DNA of 64,000 nucleotides from Methanosarcina sp. UBA293 (GTDB lineage Archaea; Halobacteriota; Methanosarcinia; Methanosarcinales; Methanosarcinaceae). The position numbers were made by a program, and so were the translations under genes. The stretch is from the NCBI GenBank assembly GCA_002499445.1, contig DALS01000064.1:283-64282 (forward strand). The letters are read 5' to 3'. Below the pieces are notes generated by a model. The model saw only the letters and a list, made by a program, of their open reading frames with translations. It made no database searches and had not been told where the DNA came from. Shown here piece after piece: positions 10,653 to 20,873 of the stretch (positions are counted from its first letter, which is position 1; each line of letters starts with the position of its first letter).

Positions 10653-11153
10653 TGTCTTTTTTATACCCGTTTATTCACTCCCCCGATCTGTTTCAACTTT
10701 ATCAATTTTGCGTATCAATCTTGCGGATGTTAGTTTTTCGATTTACCCGATGTTAGCAGATGCATTTATTTTATCAATAAATAGTCCCAGTTTGTTTTTG
10801 ATGAGGATATCAACAATCTAAACTATATCATCATTTATCTACTAAACCTGAACTTGCTAACAAAGTGAATTTCAAACATACGCAATATGATAGTTATTAC
10901 TCATGTAATATAATATTACTAGAAATATAAGTACAGAATGAATTAAATTTCTGCATCAAAAGAACCAAGTTTTATATAAGCACACAAACCTGACTTCAAA
11001 TTTACAGTGAATTGACAACATTGTCCAAGAACTTCAATTAGACCAACTATTATCAGAAAATTATCAGAAAATTGGGCTATCAATTCCACAAGCTACTGAA
11101 TATGTATTTTTAATAATACAGATAATTATTTATAAGCAACCAATTTTGTATCT

Positions 11154-11438
11154 ATGGTAGTTATGTTTAAACTGAAGGAAATAAAGAATAATGCAAAAAA
11201 GTACATAGAACTATGTAAACTTATATACTCAGACCCGCGAACTCCAAAAACTGCAAAAATCTTGCTATGGATAGCCATAGGCTATGCATTATCACCGATC
11301 GATCTAATACCGGATTTCATACCCGTAATTGGACATCTCGATGACATAATAATCATTCCTGTTCTTTTGTACATTGCAATGAGAGCAGTACCCAAAAACG
11401 TGTATATGGAAAATTATGTTCAGGTCTTAAGGACATAA
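11154..11438 (+). CDS. YkvA/DUF1232 family small membrane protein
   Basis: YALSPIDLIPDFIPVIGHLDD signature. Confidence 0.9.
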   Translation: MVVMFKLKEIKNNAKKYIELCKLIYSDPRTPKTAKILLWIAIGYALSPIDLIPDFIPVIGHLDDIIIIPVLLYIAMRAVPKNVYMENYVQVLRT

Positions 11439-11570
11439 GTTTTTTCCAGAAAGAATGTGTAATTTTAGAATTTCCTTTCAGAATTTCGATTCAAGCAAGA
11501 AGCTTATAAAATTCATTTTTATTTAAACCATAGACAGTTTGAATTTTTAAACATAGATGAAAGAAATTAA

Positions 11571-11606
11571 ATCAAATCCAATCAAATCCAATCAAATCCA
11601 ATCAAA
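11571..11606. repeat. 10-bp tandem repeat
   Basis: ATCAAATCCA x3 plus a partial fourth copy. Confidence 0.9.
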
Positions 11607-11758
11607 CTTTTTACAAACCTTTTCTCCTGAATATTAATTCCTAAAAGTATATGCCTTTTGAAGATAAACAATACTTAACTTCACCAAAAGTACTTTTGAA
11701 TCCATTTCAGGTTCAATAAAACAGAATCCTTATCGATTTTTAACGCGGGGTATTAGAA

Positions 11759-12166
11759 GTGTTGATGATGGATATTATTACCTGGGAGCCGAAAGACTCC
11801 CTAAAAGTTGCGGAATTATATGCGAATTATGAGTATCCGAAGGGTATAAAAGTTCTCGATGAATGGACTGACCTTACGGGCTACCGCACATTTGTGATTT
11901 ATGAAACTGAAGATGAAAAAACTTATGCGACTTCAGTACTGCCATTCATGGGGCTGTGCAGGTTTGAGACATTCCCAGTCATGAAACTGGATAAATTTAT
12001 GCAGCTTGCTCAGAAATTTGCCGAGAAAAATGTAGGAAGAGGAGCAAGCGCTGAGCAGGAGAGAGAAGCCGCTGAAAAGAACATTCTGCAAGAAATAGAA
12101 AATCTTGAAAAGAGGATTGAACATCTTGAGCGCCATTCTTTTATCCAGGAGGAAGATGTTACCTAA
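11759..12166 (+). CDS. DUF3303-like protein with C-terminal coiled-coil tail
   Basis: ITWEP...GIKVLDEWTDLTGYRTFVIYE...FETFPVM pattern recalled for DUF3303; charged helical tail. Confidence 0.7.
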   Translation: MLMMDIITWEPKDSLKVAELYANYEYPKGIKVLDEWTDLTGYRTFVIYETEDEKTYATSVLPFMGLCRFETFPVMKLDKFMQLAQKFAEKNVGRGASAEQEREAAEKNILQEIENLEKRIEHLERHSFIQEEDVT

Positions 12167-12306
12167 AGCCGATACTATATAAGCCGATGTATTACCTGAA
12201 ACTATGTTATCTGAGACAAACAAGATATTACCTGAAACTGCCTAATGCCTACTTAGAAAGGAAAAGTGAACTGAAAAAAGTTGAAAAAAGAAAAGAATTG
12301 GAAAAA

Positions 12307-13593
12307 TTACTCTTCCTTCTTCCTTTCCTCAAAAGCTTCCTTTACGATTTTCAAAGCGCAGAGATCACCGCACATTGAGCAAGTCTCGCTTTCGGTTTTT
12401 CGGGCATCCCGGATCTTACGGGCTCTATTGCCATCGATTGCCAGTTCAAACTGCTTATCCCAATCAAGGTCCCTGCGGGCATAGGCCATTGCCAGGTCTT
12501 TTTCCCAGGCGCGCTCTCTCGGGCCTTCCTTTATAAGGTCAATGGTATGGGCTGCAATCTTTGTTACAAGCAAGCCTTCTTTTATATCATCGAGCGTTGG
12601 AAGTGCAAGGTGCTCCGAAGGAGTTACCATGCAGAGAAAATCTGTACCGTGCATCCCTGCAACTGCTCCTCCGATTGCACCAGTAATGTGATCGAAACCA
12701 GGAGCAATATCAGTTACCAGTGGGCCCAGAAGATAGAGAGGGGCATCGTTACAGAGTTCTTTCATGCCTCTTACGCTCAATTCGATCTCGTTTAAAGGCA
12801 CATGGCCAGGCCCTTCCACGAAAGTCTGGACATTGGCAGCCCTTGCCCGTTTTACGAGTTCGCCGAGTGTGATAAATTCCATGAACTTCGGGCGGTCAGA
12901 AGCATCGGCAATGCAGCCAGGGCGCATGCCATCTCCAAGGCTCAGGGTCATATCATATTCTTTTGCGATTTCAAGCAGATAATCATACTCGGCATAAAAG
13001 GGATTGTCTTCCTCATTGTGCAGCATCCAGGCAAGGGTAAAAGAACCTCCTCGGCTCACGACATTCATTATCCTTTCACTCTGGTGAAGCCGCTCAAGAG
13101 CATTTAAGTTGACTCCGGCGTGTATGGTAACAAAATCCACACCCTGCTCAGCATGTTTCCGGACCGCGTTGAACATATCATCCGAGGTCATTTCCACAAC
13201 AGCTTTTCTGGAAGCTGCAGCCTGGTAGATTGGAACCGTACCTACAGGAATACTAACGGACTTGAGGATGCGGGTGCGGATATTGTCCAGATCTCCACCT
13301 GTGGAAAGATCCATTACGGCATGAGCTCCAAAAGCTTCTACAGCCTTTGCTTTTTCGACTTCGGCTTCAATGTCTATAAAGTCCCTTGAGGTTCCGACAT
13401 TGGCATTGATTTTTGTGCTCATATATTTGCCAATGCCGATAGGAAGGGTCTCTCGCCTGTTATTTACTGGAATCGCTATCAGCCCTTTTGCCACGCAGGA
13501 GCGAACAATTTCAGGGTCTATTCCTTCAGCTTTTGCCACGGTTTCTATTGAGGAGGTGACGATTCCCTTCTTGGCATCTTCCATCAGTGTCAT
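12307..13593 (-). CDS. thiC: ThiC-family radical SAM enzyme (phosphomethylpyrimidine synthase or Bza-type paralog)
   Basis: [39 protein letters not shown] and C-terminal CSMCGDLC (CX2CX4C). Confidence 0.88.
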   Translation of the reverse strand: MTLMEDAKKGIVTSSIETVAKAEGIDPEIVRSCVAKGLIAIPVNNRRETLPIGIGKYMSTKINANVGTSRDFIDIEAEVEKAKAVEAFGAHAVMDLSTGGDLDNIRTRILKSVSIPVGTVPIYQAAASRKAVVEMTSDDMFNAVRKHAEQGVDFVTIHAGVNLNALERLHQSERIMNVVSRGGSFTLAWMLHNEEDNPFYAEYDYLLEIAKEYDMTLSLGDGMRPGCIADASDRPKFMEFITLGELVKRARAANVQTFVEGPGHVPLNEIELSVRGMKELCNDAPLYLLGPLVTDIAPGFDHITGAIGGAVAGMHGTDFLCMVTPSEHLALPTLDDIKEGLLVTKIAAHTIDLIKEGPRERAWEKDLAMAYARRDLDWDKQFELAIDGNRARKIRDARKTESETCSMCGDLCALKIVKEAFEERKKEE

Positions 13594-14209
13594 TTTTACT
13601 CCAGGTTATGGTGAATAAAGAAAATATAATATTATAATATCGATTAACAGATGATGATAAAAACACATAGTAATGCATGAATAATTTAAATTACAATTAA
13701 CTTCGCTGTCTTACTTTGTCTAACTATCATTACTAGAATAATGGTGTAAAGTGATCCAACATTTCTTTGTTACAGAGTAGGACAGACAGAGTTAACTGAT
13801 ATATACCTTTTCACGTCTCGGAAGTCGCTTAATATGTATAAGCAGACAAATATATAAATAGTGTATGCATATTGTCTAGCGAGTATAAACCGAGAAAATT
13901 GAGAAAAACTGCAGAAATTGTCTTTAAATTAAGGGTTTTACAAATAACCTGTTCAATTAAACCTGATCAGCATAATTAAACTAGTGAAAATAAACAAAAC
14001 GAGAGAAAGAGACAGCATAGAAGTCGTTCCTGTGTATTAGAAATCTTTCTTATATATTTCTTTATGCAATTTATTACATGCCTCACTACTTATTTACTCA
14101 CTCATTTCCTTTACAGCTCGTTACTTATTTACTAATGCATTTCCTTATGCATCTCGTTACGCATTTAATCACATATCCCTTACTTATTCCATTAATTGTA
14201 CTATTTTAC

Positions 14210-14275
14210 ATTTCAAGACTATCTCAAAATTATATTTCAAGACTATCTCAAAATTATATTTCAAGACTATCTCAA
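14210..14275. repeat. 24-bp perfect tandem repeat upstream of the topoisomerase
   Basis: ATTTCAAGACTATCTCAAAATTAT x2 plus an 18-bp third copy; no spacers. Confidence 0.9.
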
Positions 14276-14297
14276 GAACAGAGTTAGGGTATTTCAT

Positions 14298-16646
14298 ATG
14301 ACAGTTGTCGCATTTGCAGAAAAAAATAAGGCAGCAGCCCAGATTGCCAGCATCCTGGGCGATGGGGAAGTAGAGAGGATTACAGTAGAAGGGCTGCCAG
14401 TATATGAATTTAAATGGAAAGGTGAAGAGTGGCTGGTAATGGGATTATCCGGCCATATTATGAATTATGATTTTCCGGAGCAATATAACAAATGGAGTGA
14501 GGTAAACCCCGGTGTACTCCTTGAAGTCGACCCCGAAAAACTTGTAACGCGAGCTGACTACGCGGCTGCTGTAAAAACCCTTGCAAAACGAGCAAAGAAG
14601 ATCGTCCTTGCCTGTGACTACGATAGGGAAGGAGAGAACATAGGATTTGAAGCAAAAACGCTTGCTGAAGAAGTTACGGATGTACCGTTTGCAAGGGCAC
14701 GTTTCTCAGCCCTTTCCACAAAAGAGGTAAAATCCGCCTTTGAGAGCCTTGTAGAACCGGATTATAACATGGCAATGGCTGCCGAGACAAGGCAGATCCT
14801 TGACCTGAAAATGGGAGCTGCTTTTACTCGCTTTGTCACGCTTTCTGTCAGGGAAAAAGCAAGGACAAAAGGCGTCCTTTCAATTGGTCCCTGCCAGACG
14901 CCAACCTGTGGGTTTGTATATGAAAGGGAAAAGGCAATCCGGGCGTTTCAGGCAAAAGACTTCTGGAAGATAACTGCAACTTTTTTGGCAGAAGGCGGAG
15001 AATTCGAAGGCACTCACAGAGCAGGAAATATTCACGATAAGGAAAAAGCCGCAGAGATTTTCAAACGACTTAAAGGGACAAAAGAAGGACTAGTTGCCAA
15101 GAAAACCGTAAGGGAAACTAAAACCAACCCACCTAATCCATTAAATACTACCGAATTCCTGAAAAGGGCCTCCAAATTCCTTGGAATAAGCCCGGAAGTT
15201 TCTCTCGAGGTTGCAGAACAGCTTTACCTTGCAGGATTTACCAGTTACCCAAGGACCGAGACAAATAAGTATGCTGATGACTTTGATTTCAAGTCCCTTG
15301 TTTTTGATTTTGCACGCCAGAAGGAGTATAAGCCTTTTGCGGAAGCTATCCTTACAGCCCCAATTGTGCCGAAAAACGGAGATAAAGATGCGCACGACCA
15401 TCCTCCGATCCATCCCATTAGAGCGGCTTCAAGAGGAGAGGTAAGCTCGGCAGTAAATATTCCTCAGGCTCCTGAGGTCTATGATCTTATAGTAAGGCAT
15501 TTTCTGGCAACCCTTATGCCTGCAGCAGTATTTGAAAAAACCCATCTCCACCTGCTTGTGCAGGAAGAACCCTTCGATTCATCCGGAACCGTGCTCAAGG
15601 ATTCGGGCTGGCTTGAAGTTTATCCCTTTGAAAACAAGAAGGATAAACTTCTTCCGTTTGTTGAAGAAAACCAAAAAGTAGGCATAAAAAAGCTCAGGAA
15701 TACAAAATCTAAAACCAGCCCACCAAAGAAGCTGACCGAAGCCGAACTTCTGACTCTTATGGACAAAAACGGAATTGGAACAAAGGCAACCGCTCCAACT
15801 CATATTGAAACAAATAAGAAGCGAGGATATTTTGAGACAAAGGGAAAAACGGTTTCTATCCTGGACACAGGCTTTACCCTTATGGAGGGACTCTCCCTTA
15901 CCGTCCCGATTCTTGTCAAGCCGGATATAAGGGCAAGGATCGAAACCTTAATTCAGGAAGTCGAGGATGGAAAAAAAGAGTTTGAAGCTGCCCTTGATGA
16001 AGGTACAACCCTGATTCAGGAAATGTATGCTCAGCTTGAAGCGAATAAAAAGGAGTTGACTTCAAGCATAGCAGGCACAATTAAGGACGAAGCTGCCCTT
16101 GAAGACAAGAAAAACTATATAGGAACCTGTAAGGCTTGCGGGCACGTCCTCAGGATTGTGCAGACGGATTCAGGGCGCTTTGTTGGCTGTACAGGCTATC
16201 CTGACTGCAGAAACTCATTTCCCCTTCCAAAAGCCGGAGCTTTGACCGTACTCAGGAGCAAGGAATGTAAGAAAGAAGGAGCAGCTGTCCTGAAAGTAGG
16301 AAACAAGTATAATTGGGCTGTAGGTATAGGCCCCTGCTTTGCCTGCGACCTTGAAAAGGAATGTTATCCGCCTGAAACTGTTGGTCCCTGTCCAGAATGT
16401 GATGGAGATATGTTTCTGATCACCTTTAAAGATACCCGATTCCTGGGCTGTACGAAACGCTGTGGGTATACTCACTCAGTCCCGAAAACCGGAAAATTAA
16501 CCCTGCTTGACAGAAGCTGTGAGAGCTGTGGCTGGAAATTTTTCAAAATAAAGAAAGAAGATGAAAGCCCTGAAGAAGACATCTGTGTGAACCGGCGCTG
16601 CAAAGAAGGTAGGGAATACTGGAGAAAAGCACGCACAGGAAACTGA
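14298..16646 (+). CDS. Type IA DNA topoisomerase (Top3-like) with C-terminal Cys4 zinc ribbons
   Basis: TOPRIM AEK...CDYDREGENI, catalytic SYPRTET, GPCQTPT, several CxxC ribbons; real start ATG 14298 (the ORF-track extension is just the tandem repeat). Confidence 0.93.
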   Translation: MTVVAFAEKNKAAAQIASILGDGEVERITVEGLPVYEFKWKGEEWLVMGLSGHIMNYDFPEQYNKWSEVNPGVLLEVDPEKLVTRADYAAAVKTLAKRAKKIVLACDYDREGENIGFEAKTLAEEVTDVPFARARFSALSTKEVKSAFESLVEPDYNMAMAAETRQILDLKMGAAFTRFVTLSVREKARTKGVLSIGPCQTPTCGFVYEREKAIRAFQAKDFWKITATFLAEGGEFEGTHRAGNIHDKEKAAEIFKRLKGTKEGLVAKKTVRETKTNPPNPLNTTEFLKRASKFLGISPEVSLEVAEQLYLAGFTSYPRTETNKYADDFDFKSLVFDFARQKEYKPFAEAILTAPIVPKNGDKDAHDHPPIHPIRAASRGEVSSAVNIPQAPEVYDLIVRHFLATLMPAAVFEKTHLHLLVQEEPFDSSGTVLKDSGWLEVYPFENKKDKLLPFVEENQKVGIKKLRNTKSKTSPPKKLTEAELLTLMDKNGIGTKATAPTHIETNKKRGYFETKGKTVSILDTGFTLMEGLSLTVPILVKPDIRARIETLIQEVEDGKKEFEAALDEGTTLIQEMYAQLEANKKELTSSIAGTIKDEAALEDKKNYIGTCKACGHVLRIVQTDSGRFVGCTGYPDCRNSFPLPKAGALTVLRSKECKKEGAAVLKVGNKYNWAVGIGPCFACDLEKECYPPETVGPCPECDGDMFLITFKDTRFLGCTKRCGYTHSVPKTGKLTLLDRSCESCGWKFFKIKKEDESPEEDICVNRRCKEGREYWRKARTGN

Positions 16647-16760
16647 GACCAGAATCAATTTCAGAGTCTGGAATCTAAAAGAAACTGAGATATAGAAATT
16701 AGAATACTAAAACAGGCTAAAGATCCAGATGCTAAAGATCCAGATACTAAAAGGATTAAA

Positions 16761-16819
16761 AAGAAAAGAGACCAAGAAAAGAGACCAAGAAAAGAGATTA
16801 AGAAAAGAGATTAAGAAAA
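16761..16819. repeat. 13-bp tandem repeat in the convergent intergenic region
   Basis: AAGAAAAGAGACC x2, AAGAAAAGAGATT x2, partial fifth copy. Confidence 0.85.
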
Positions 16820-16865
16820 TCCTTTCGGATTTTCCCCTGCCTCTTGATGTTAAATCAGAAAGAAA

Positions 16866-17483
16866 TTATGCAGATGCAGGCACGGCTGCAGATGCAGATG
16901 CAGGCACGAGTTCAACCTGGGTTTTCCTGATTTCGACTCTGCGGAGCGGGTAAATAAACTTGGCCTGCCTGTAAATAGCGGCTGAGAGCCTGCCAAGGAT
17001 TGCTTCCTGCATAAAGGTCTCGAAATCGGATTCTGATGCGCGCTTTTTAACGATATCAACCATCATTTCCCTGATTGCTGTTATCTGGCTCGAACGTGCC
17101 CTTTTGATAGTGAAGCAGGTTGGTTTTACACGGATGACATAGCCGTCTTTGGTCCTAACATCGATATTGGCATCGATTCTTGAGGTCTGCCTTTTCACGA
17201 TTGAGCGGATATAGTCAGTTGTGAGTTCATGACCTATGAGGTCGGTGGTTGCTGTGTCTCCGACAACGTTGTTGACCCTAAGGACGACCTTTGTGTTATT
17301 CTTGGTCATATCGTTAGTAAGCTCTCCAACTGTGACTTCAATTTTGCGCCCTACAAGCAAGGAAGGATCTCCTGCCATAGTGTTACCGACTACGCTCCTT
17401 TTTAAGTAAACAGGAGCTTCAATATTATACCATTCCTTGGATTTCCATCCGTCAATTTTTCTCTGTACTTTCTTTCTTGCCAA
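16866..17483 (-). CDS. rps3ae: 30S ribosomal protein S3Ae (eS1)
   Basis: [44 protein letters not shown]. Confidence 0.97.
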   Translation of the reverse strand: MARKKVQRKIDGWKSKEWYNIEAPVYLKRSVVGNTMAGDPSLLVGRKIEVTVGELTNDMTKNNTKVVLRVNNVVGDTATTDLIGHELTTDYIRSIVKRQTSRIDANIDVRTKDGYVIRVKPTCFTIKRARSSQITAIREMMVDIVKKRASESDFETFMQEAILGRLSAAIYRQAKFIYPLRRVEIRKTQVELVPASASAAVPASA

Positions 17484-17979
17484 GTGATTCCTCCGAAGTA
17501 ATGTTCATTTTTATTTTAATTTATTTTTATTTCAATTTAATTTATTTTAGTTTTATTTTAATTGTATTAATTATGAATTGTTTTTGTATGCTGCTGATTT
17601 GTCCTGTGGCCCTCATGCCTTTCAGTTTCTTCTTCCGGATGGCTCGGGTGATCTTTCTTTAATCAATGAGCGTGAATGACCTTCAGCGCCTTTGACAGGC
17701 TTTGCACTGCCGGCGCAGTTTATGGTGCTTTCAGCACAATTTTTTCCTTTTCGAGATAAATTTCCAAGCTTCTATAGGCTTCCGAACTTAAACCCGTCCC
17801 CTATCTTCCGGCAACTACAGGCTTCTGATAACCAAAAATACAATCCGAAAATGGCCAGAAGTTCTTAGAAATTAGCGGTATCTACTAGTTAATGGCTCAC
17901 TATACATATCATTTCAATATATAAATAAATCGGTCAGAAACGCTTTCTGCTTATCATCTAAATAGAAAATTTAAAAAGT

Positions 17980-19488
17980 TTAAAGGAAGCGGATTCCTTT
18001 CGGCATTTCACCCAGCCTCTTTTTAAATTCTTCAGGCCAATTTGCAGGGTCAAGCCCTTTCTGGGCAAGGAAAACCGCAGCCCACCTCTCAAGCCCGACT
18101 CCGGAACAACCAGACCAGAGTTCTTCTCCGGACTGAAGTTTCACGTTGAAACCTTTGGGATACTTATCTCCGTTGATGCTCACGTTCTGGAATTCGAGCC
18201 ATTCTCCATCAGGCCCACGGTAAGGCAAGCAGGCTTCGTAGTCTGTTGTACCAACAGTATTTTCTTCGGCAAGCCCAAGCAGCCCTTCCTGTGCCATAAA
18301 CCAGGGTGTGACTCTTGCTTTTCTCCATTCGATATCCAGGATGTCATTGAAGATGTACATATAACGCTCATGTAATTCTTCTGCACATTTTATGACCTCT
18401 TCTTTTGTTCCGATCCAGACAATTTCGATCCTGTGGAACTCGTCTACCCTTTCGATCCCATGGATTCCGCCACTTTCATATCTGTGAGAAGTTCCTGATC
18501 TGTCAAAGACTTTTATAGGAATTTCATCGTTTGGAAGAGTTTCCCCTGTTACGTACATCCAGAAAGGCGGACACTGGGCATAGCACATGCCTCCGATTGG
18601 CTCTGCGATTTTTTCTTTGAGCAGCTTTGTGGGCACTTCATGAGTAACCTTGTAATAATCGGCAACCTCTTCCCAGTAATCGGGGTCCCTTGTTTGCGGA
18701 GGGCATACATAATATATCTCAGGATATATGCCTTTGGCATGTCCGGACTTCATCCAGACTTCCCAGGTGACCAGTTTCGGGAAAATCATTTCCCTGTACC
18801 CGAGAGGCTCCAGAAGTTCTTCAAAGACGATCTTCTCAAAAGTCCGGAAAATCCTTGTTGACTGAGGCCCGTGAATCCATTGCCCTCGGCTTGCGCCTCG
18901 CTTGAGCCAGCCCTCATTCATCATGGCCTGGGTCGGGTCTTCCTTGAAAGGATGCTCCATTGGCTCTCTCTGCCATAACAGGTTCCAGTGTTCGGCTTTT
19001 GCCCCGTACTGGGCAGCCTCGATCTTCTCTTCAAGGAGTGTGAGAATCCTGTCCGGTACCCGGTTTTTCATCTCAGCTTCCCCGACATCAAGCTCGAGCA
19101 TGATTCCGCCTTCGATGTTTTCCATGCCTTTTATGTAAGGCACTTTCAGCATCCTGAGCTCACGTTCAGCTGGCATCCGAATGGTAAAGGACTCAACCTC
19201 AATTCCGCGAATTCCGATCTTATACCTTTTTCCGAGCGCCTCGGCAAGCTGTTTCCTCAGCCTGAAGATCGCGTCATGCACCCTGACATACCTGCCAGAC
19301 TCAAGCGTAAGCTCGATCCTATCCTCCCCGAGCTTCCATTCCGTAACTTTTGCTCCCTGCCCTTCAGGCGCTCCTCGGGTGAGAAGGGTATTGTTTGCCT
19401 CTTCGAAAAGCGCAGCTATAGCCTCCTTTGCAGGAGTGGGGTCTGCACTTGTTTTAAAGTAAGCTTTGAGATTGAACTGTAATTCCAA
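17980..19488 (-). CDS. serS: Serine--tRNA ligase, methanogen type
   Basis: N-terminal MELQFNLK...GAPEGQGA domain, [41 protein letters not shown]. Confidence 0.95.
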   Translation of the reverse strand: MELQFNLKAYFKTSADPTPAKEAIAALFEEANNTLLTRGAPEGQGAKVTEWKLGEDRIELTLESGRYVRVHDAIFRLRKQLAEALGKRYKIGIRGIEVESFTIRMPAERELRMLKVPYIKGMENIEGGIMLELDVGEAEMKNRVPDRILTLLEEKIEAAQYGAKAEHWNLLWQREPMEHPFKEDPTQAMMNEGWLKRGASRGQWIHGPQSTRIFRTFEKIVFEELLEPLGYREMIFPKLVTWEVWMKSGHAKGIYPEIYYVCPPQTRDPDYWEEVADYYKVTHEVPTKLLKEKIAEPIGGMCYAQCPPFWMYVTGETLPNDEIPIKVFDRSGTSHRYESGGIHGIERVDEFHRIEIVWIGTKEEVIKCAEELHERYMYIFNDILDIEWRKARVTPWFMAQEGLLGLAEENTVGTTDYEACLPYRGPDGEWLEFQNVSINGDKYPKGFNVKLQSGEELWSGCSGVGLERWAAVFLAQKGLDPANWPEEFKKRLGEMPKGIRFL

Positions 19489-20017
19489 AGTTTGAGCCTC
19501 TTTTAATTGGTGTGAAATAATGTAATTGTGAATTAAGATAGGGATGTAAACAGAGTCTAAAATCCTGTTTCTGATATAAATGCCTATTCTATAGCAGATC
19601 GTAACTCAGTATTATAATAAGAAGTAATAATACTGAGCATATAATGAATCAAGTATTCTGATAACCTAGTATCCCCAACTCAGACGTAAAATATTAATGG
19701 TTCAAACATTATAATTATAATTTGACAGACGAGTCTACAATTTAAACAGAATTAGATATATCTATCTGTTGTCCGCTTATATTCATGTGATCTACGTAAA
19801 AGCCTGACCAGCTGTTTTAATATTTAGCACCTGCAAAAAATAGCTAGATGCGTGGTAGATGATTTAATTCTTTTAAATTATATTATTGTAATCGATGTTT
19901 ATAAGTTGATAGTTTCCGATGTCAGCAATTGATCAGGAATTGTCTCAAAAAAGCCGCGTTCCATAACTCTAAAACTGAAATCTGAACTTTGTGCCGAAAA
20001 TGAATTAGCCAGAAATA

Positions 20018-20060
20018 GAACCCCGGCTACGTCTACGGTCACTGTGTGACCGGCGTTCCC
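20018..20060 (-). ncRNA. Candidate small structured RNA
   Basis: GC-rich island with CGGTCAC-ACA-GTGACCG hairpin and GAAC.CCGG/CCGG.GTTC outer pairing, about 20 nt downstream of a TATA-like ATATAATT on the minus strand. Confidence 0.3.
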
Positions 20061-20231
20061 AAAGATGAGGTCTTAATTATATCTATTTGCTTGAGAGTTA
20101 ATTGAAATTCTATTTTACCTTTAGCTACCTTCCTCCCATCAACCTCTGCACAAAACTTACTTAATAACATATTCCTTTCCATCAATCATAATTTTCCATC
20201 CGGGATCTAAAAACTCCGATTTCACAACCGG

Positions 20232-20873
20232 TTATTCTCTTCCTTCTCTCCCAGCATCTACCAGCCTCTCGTTTGCGGTCAGGATCTCGACTCCAAGTTC
20301 GCTGAAATCTTTATCATGGGTTACGAAAACCATGTTTTTTGCGCGGCAGATTTGGGCAAAGAGAAGGTCGTTAAAATCGTATTTTCCCTGCTTAAAAAGA
20401 TCCATGACTTCTGGAAGATCTATAGCCTGCAGTTCAGGATCGCAGGCAAGGGTACTTCTGAGAATTTTCCTTACGTTATAAGCTATTTCCTGGGCAATTA
20501 CCCTGAAGGTCAGAGAGTTTCGAAATTCCTTAAACCTTGTAAACTCGGTCTGCTGTTTGAACTCGATTCGGGAGAAGGCATTTATGAATTCCGAAATTAT
20601 CATACAGTTAATATAAATCGTGCCATCAGAGTTTCTGATTTCTTTCAAAGCCCTGGAATAAGCGTCCGACCGCTGGTCAGGCCAGCCGATTGGGCCGTAG
20701 ATATACAGCCAGATATTGGTGTCAAAGAAGTAGCCTTTACCTTCGGGGAAATTATAATTCTCAATGGAATGAACCTTTACAGGAACAGGTTTTGCGAGCC
20801 TGGATCCTCCGGCGCGAAGCCTTGGACGGCGTTTAACTGGGAAAATGGTTGCACGGTGAACGCTCTTACGCAT
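20232..20873 (-). CDS. PIN-domain ribonuclease (toxin-like)
   Basis: FFDTNIW, IISEF, DFND, THDKDF give the four acidic PIN residues; ATG 20873 overlaps the upstream stop. Confidence 0.85.
   Translation of the reverse strand: MRKSVHRATIFPVKRRPRLRAGGSRLAKPVPVKVHSIENYNFPEGKGYFFDTNIWLYIYGPIGWPDQRSDAYSRALKEIRNSDGTIYINCMIISEFINAFSRIEFKQQTEFTRFKEFRNSLTFRVIAQEIAYNVRKILRSTLACDPELQAIDLPEVMDLFKQGKYDFNDLLFAQICRAKNMVFVTHDKDFSELGVEILTANERLVDAGREGRE

Noticed and set aside
14210-14275. 24-bp repeats as a mini CRISPR array
   Set aside because: Copies are directly adjacent with no spacers, and there are no cas genes
14078-14287. 69-aa ORF with repetitive sequence
   Set aside because: Entirely explained by degenerate and perfect DNA repeats; no RBS
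14196-14297. N-terminal extension of the topoisomerase in the ORF track (FQDYLKII repeats)
   Set aside because: It is the translation of the tandem repeat; homology begins at MTVVAFAEK (14298)
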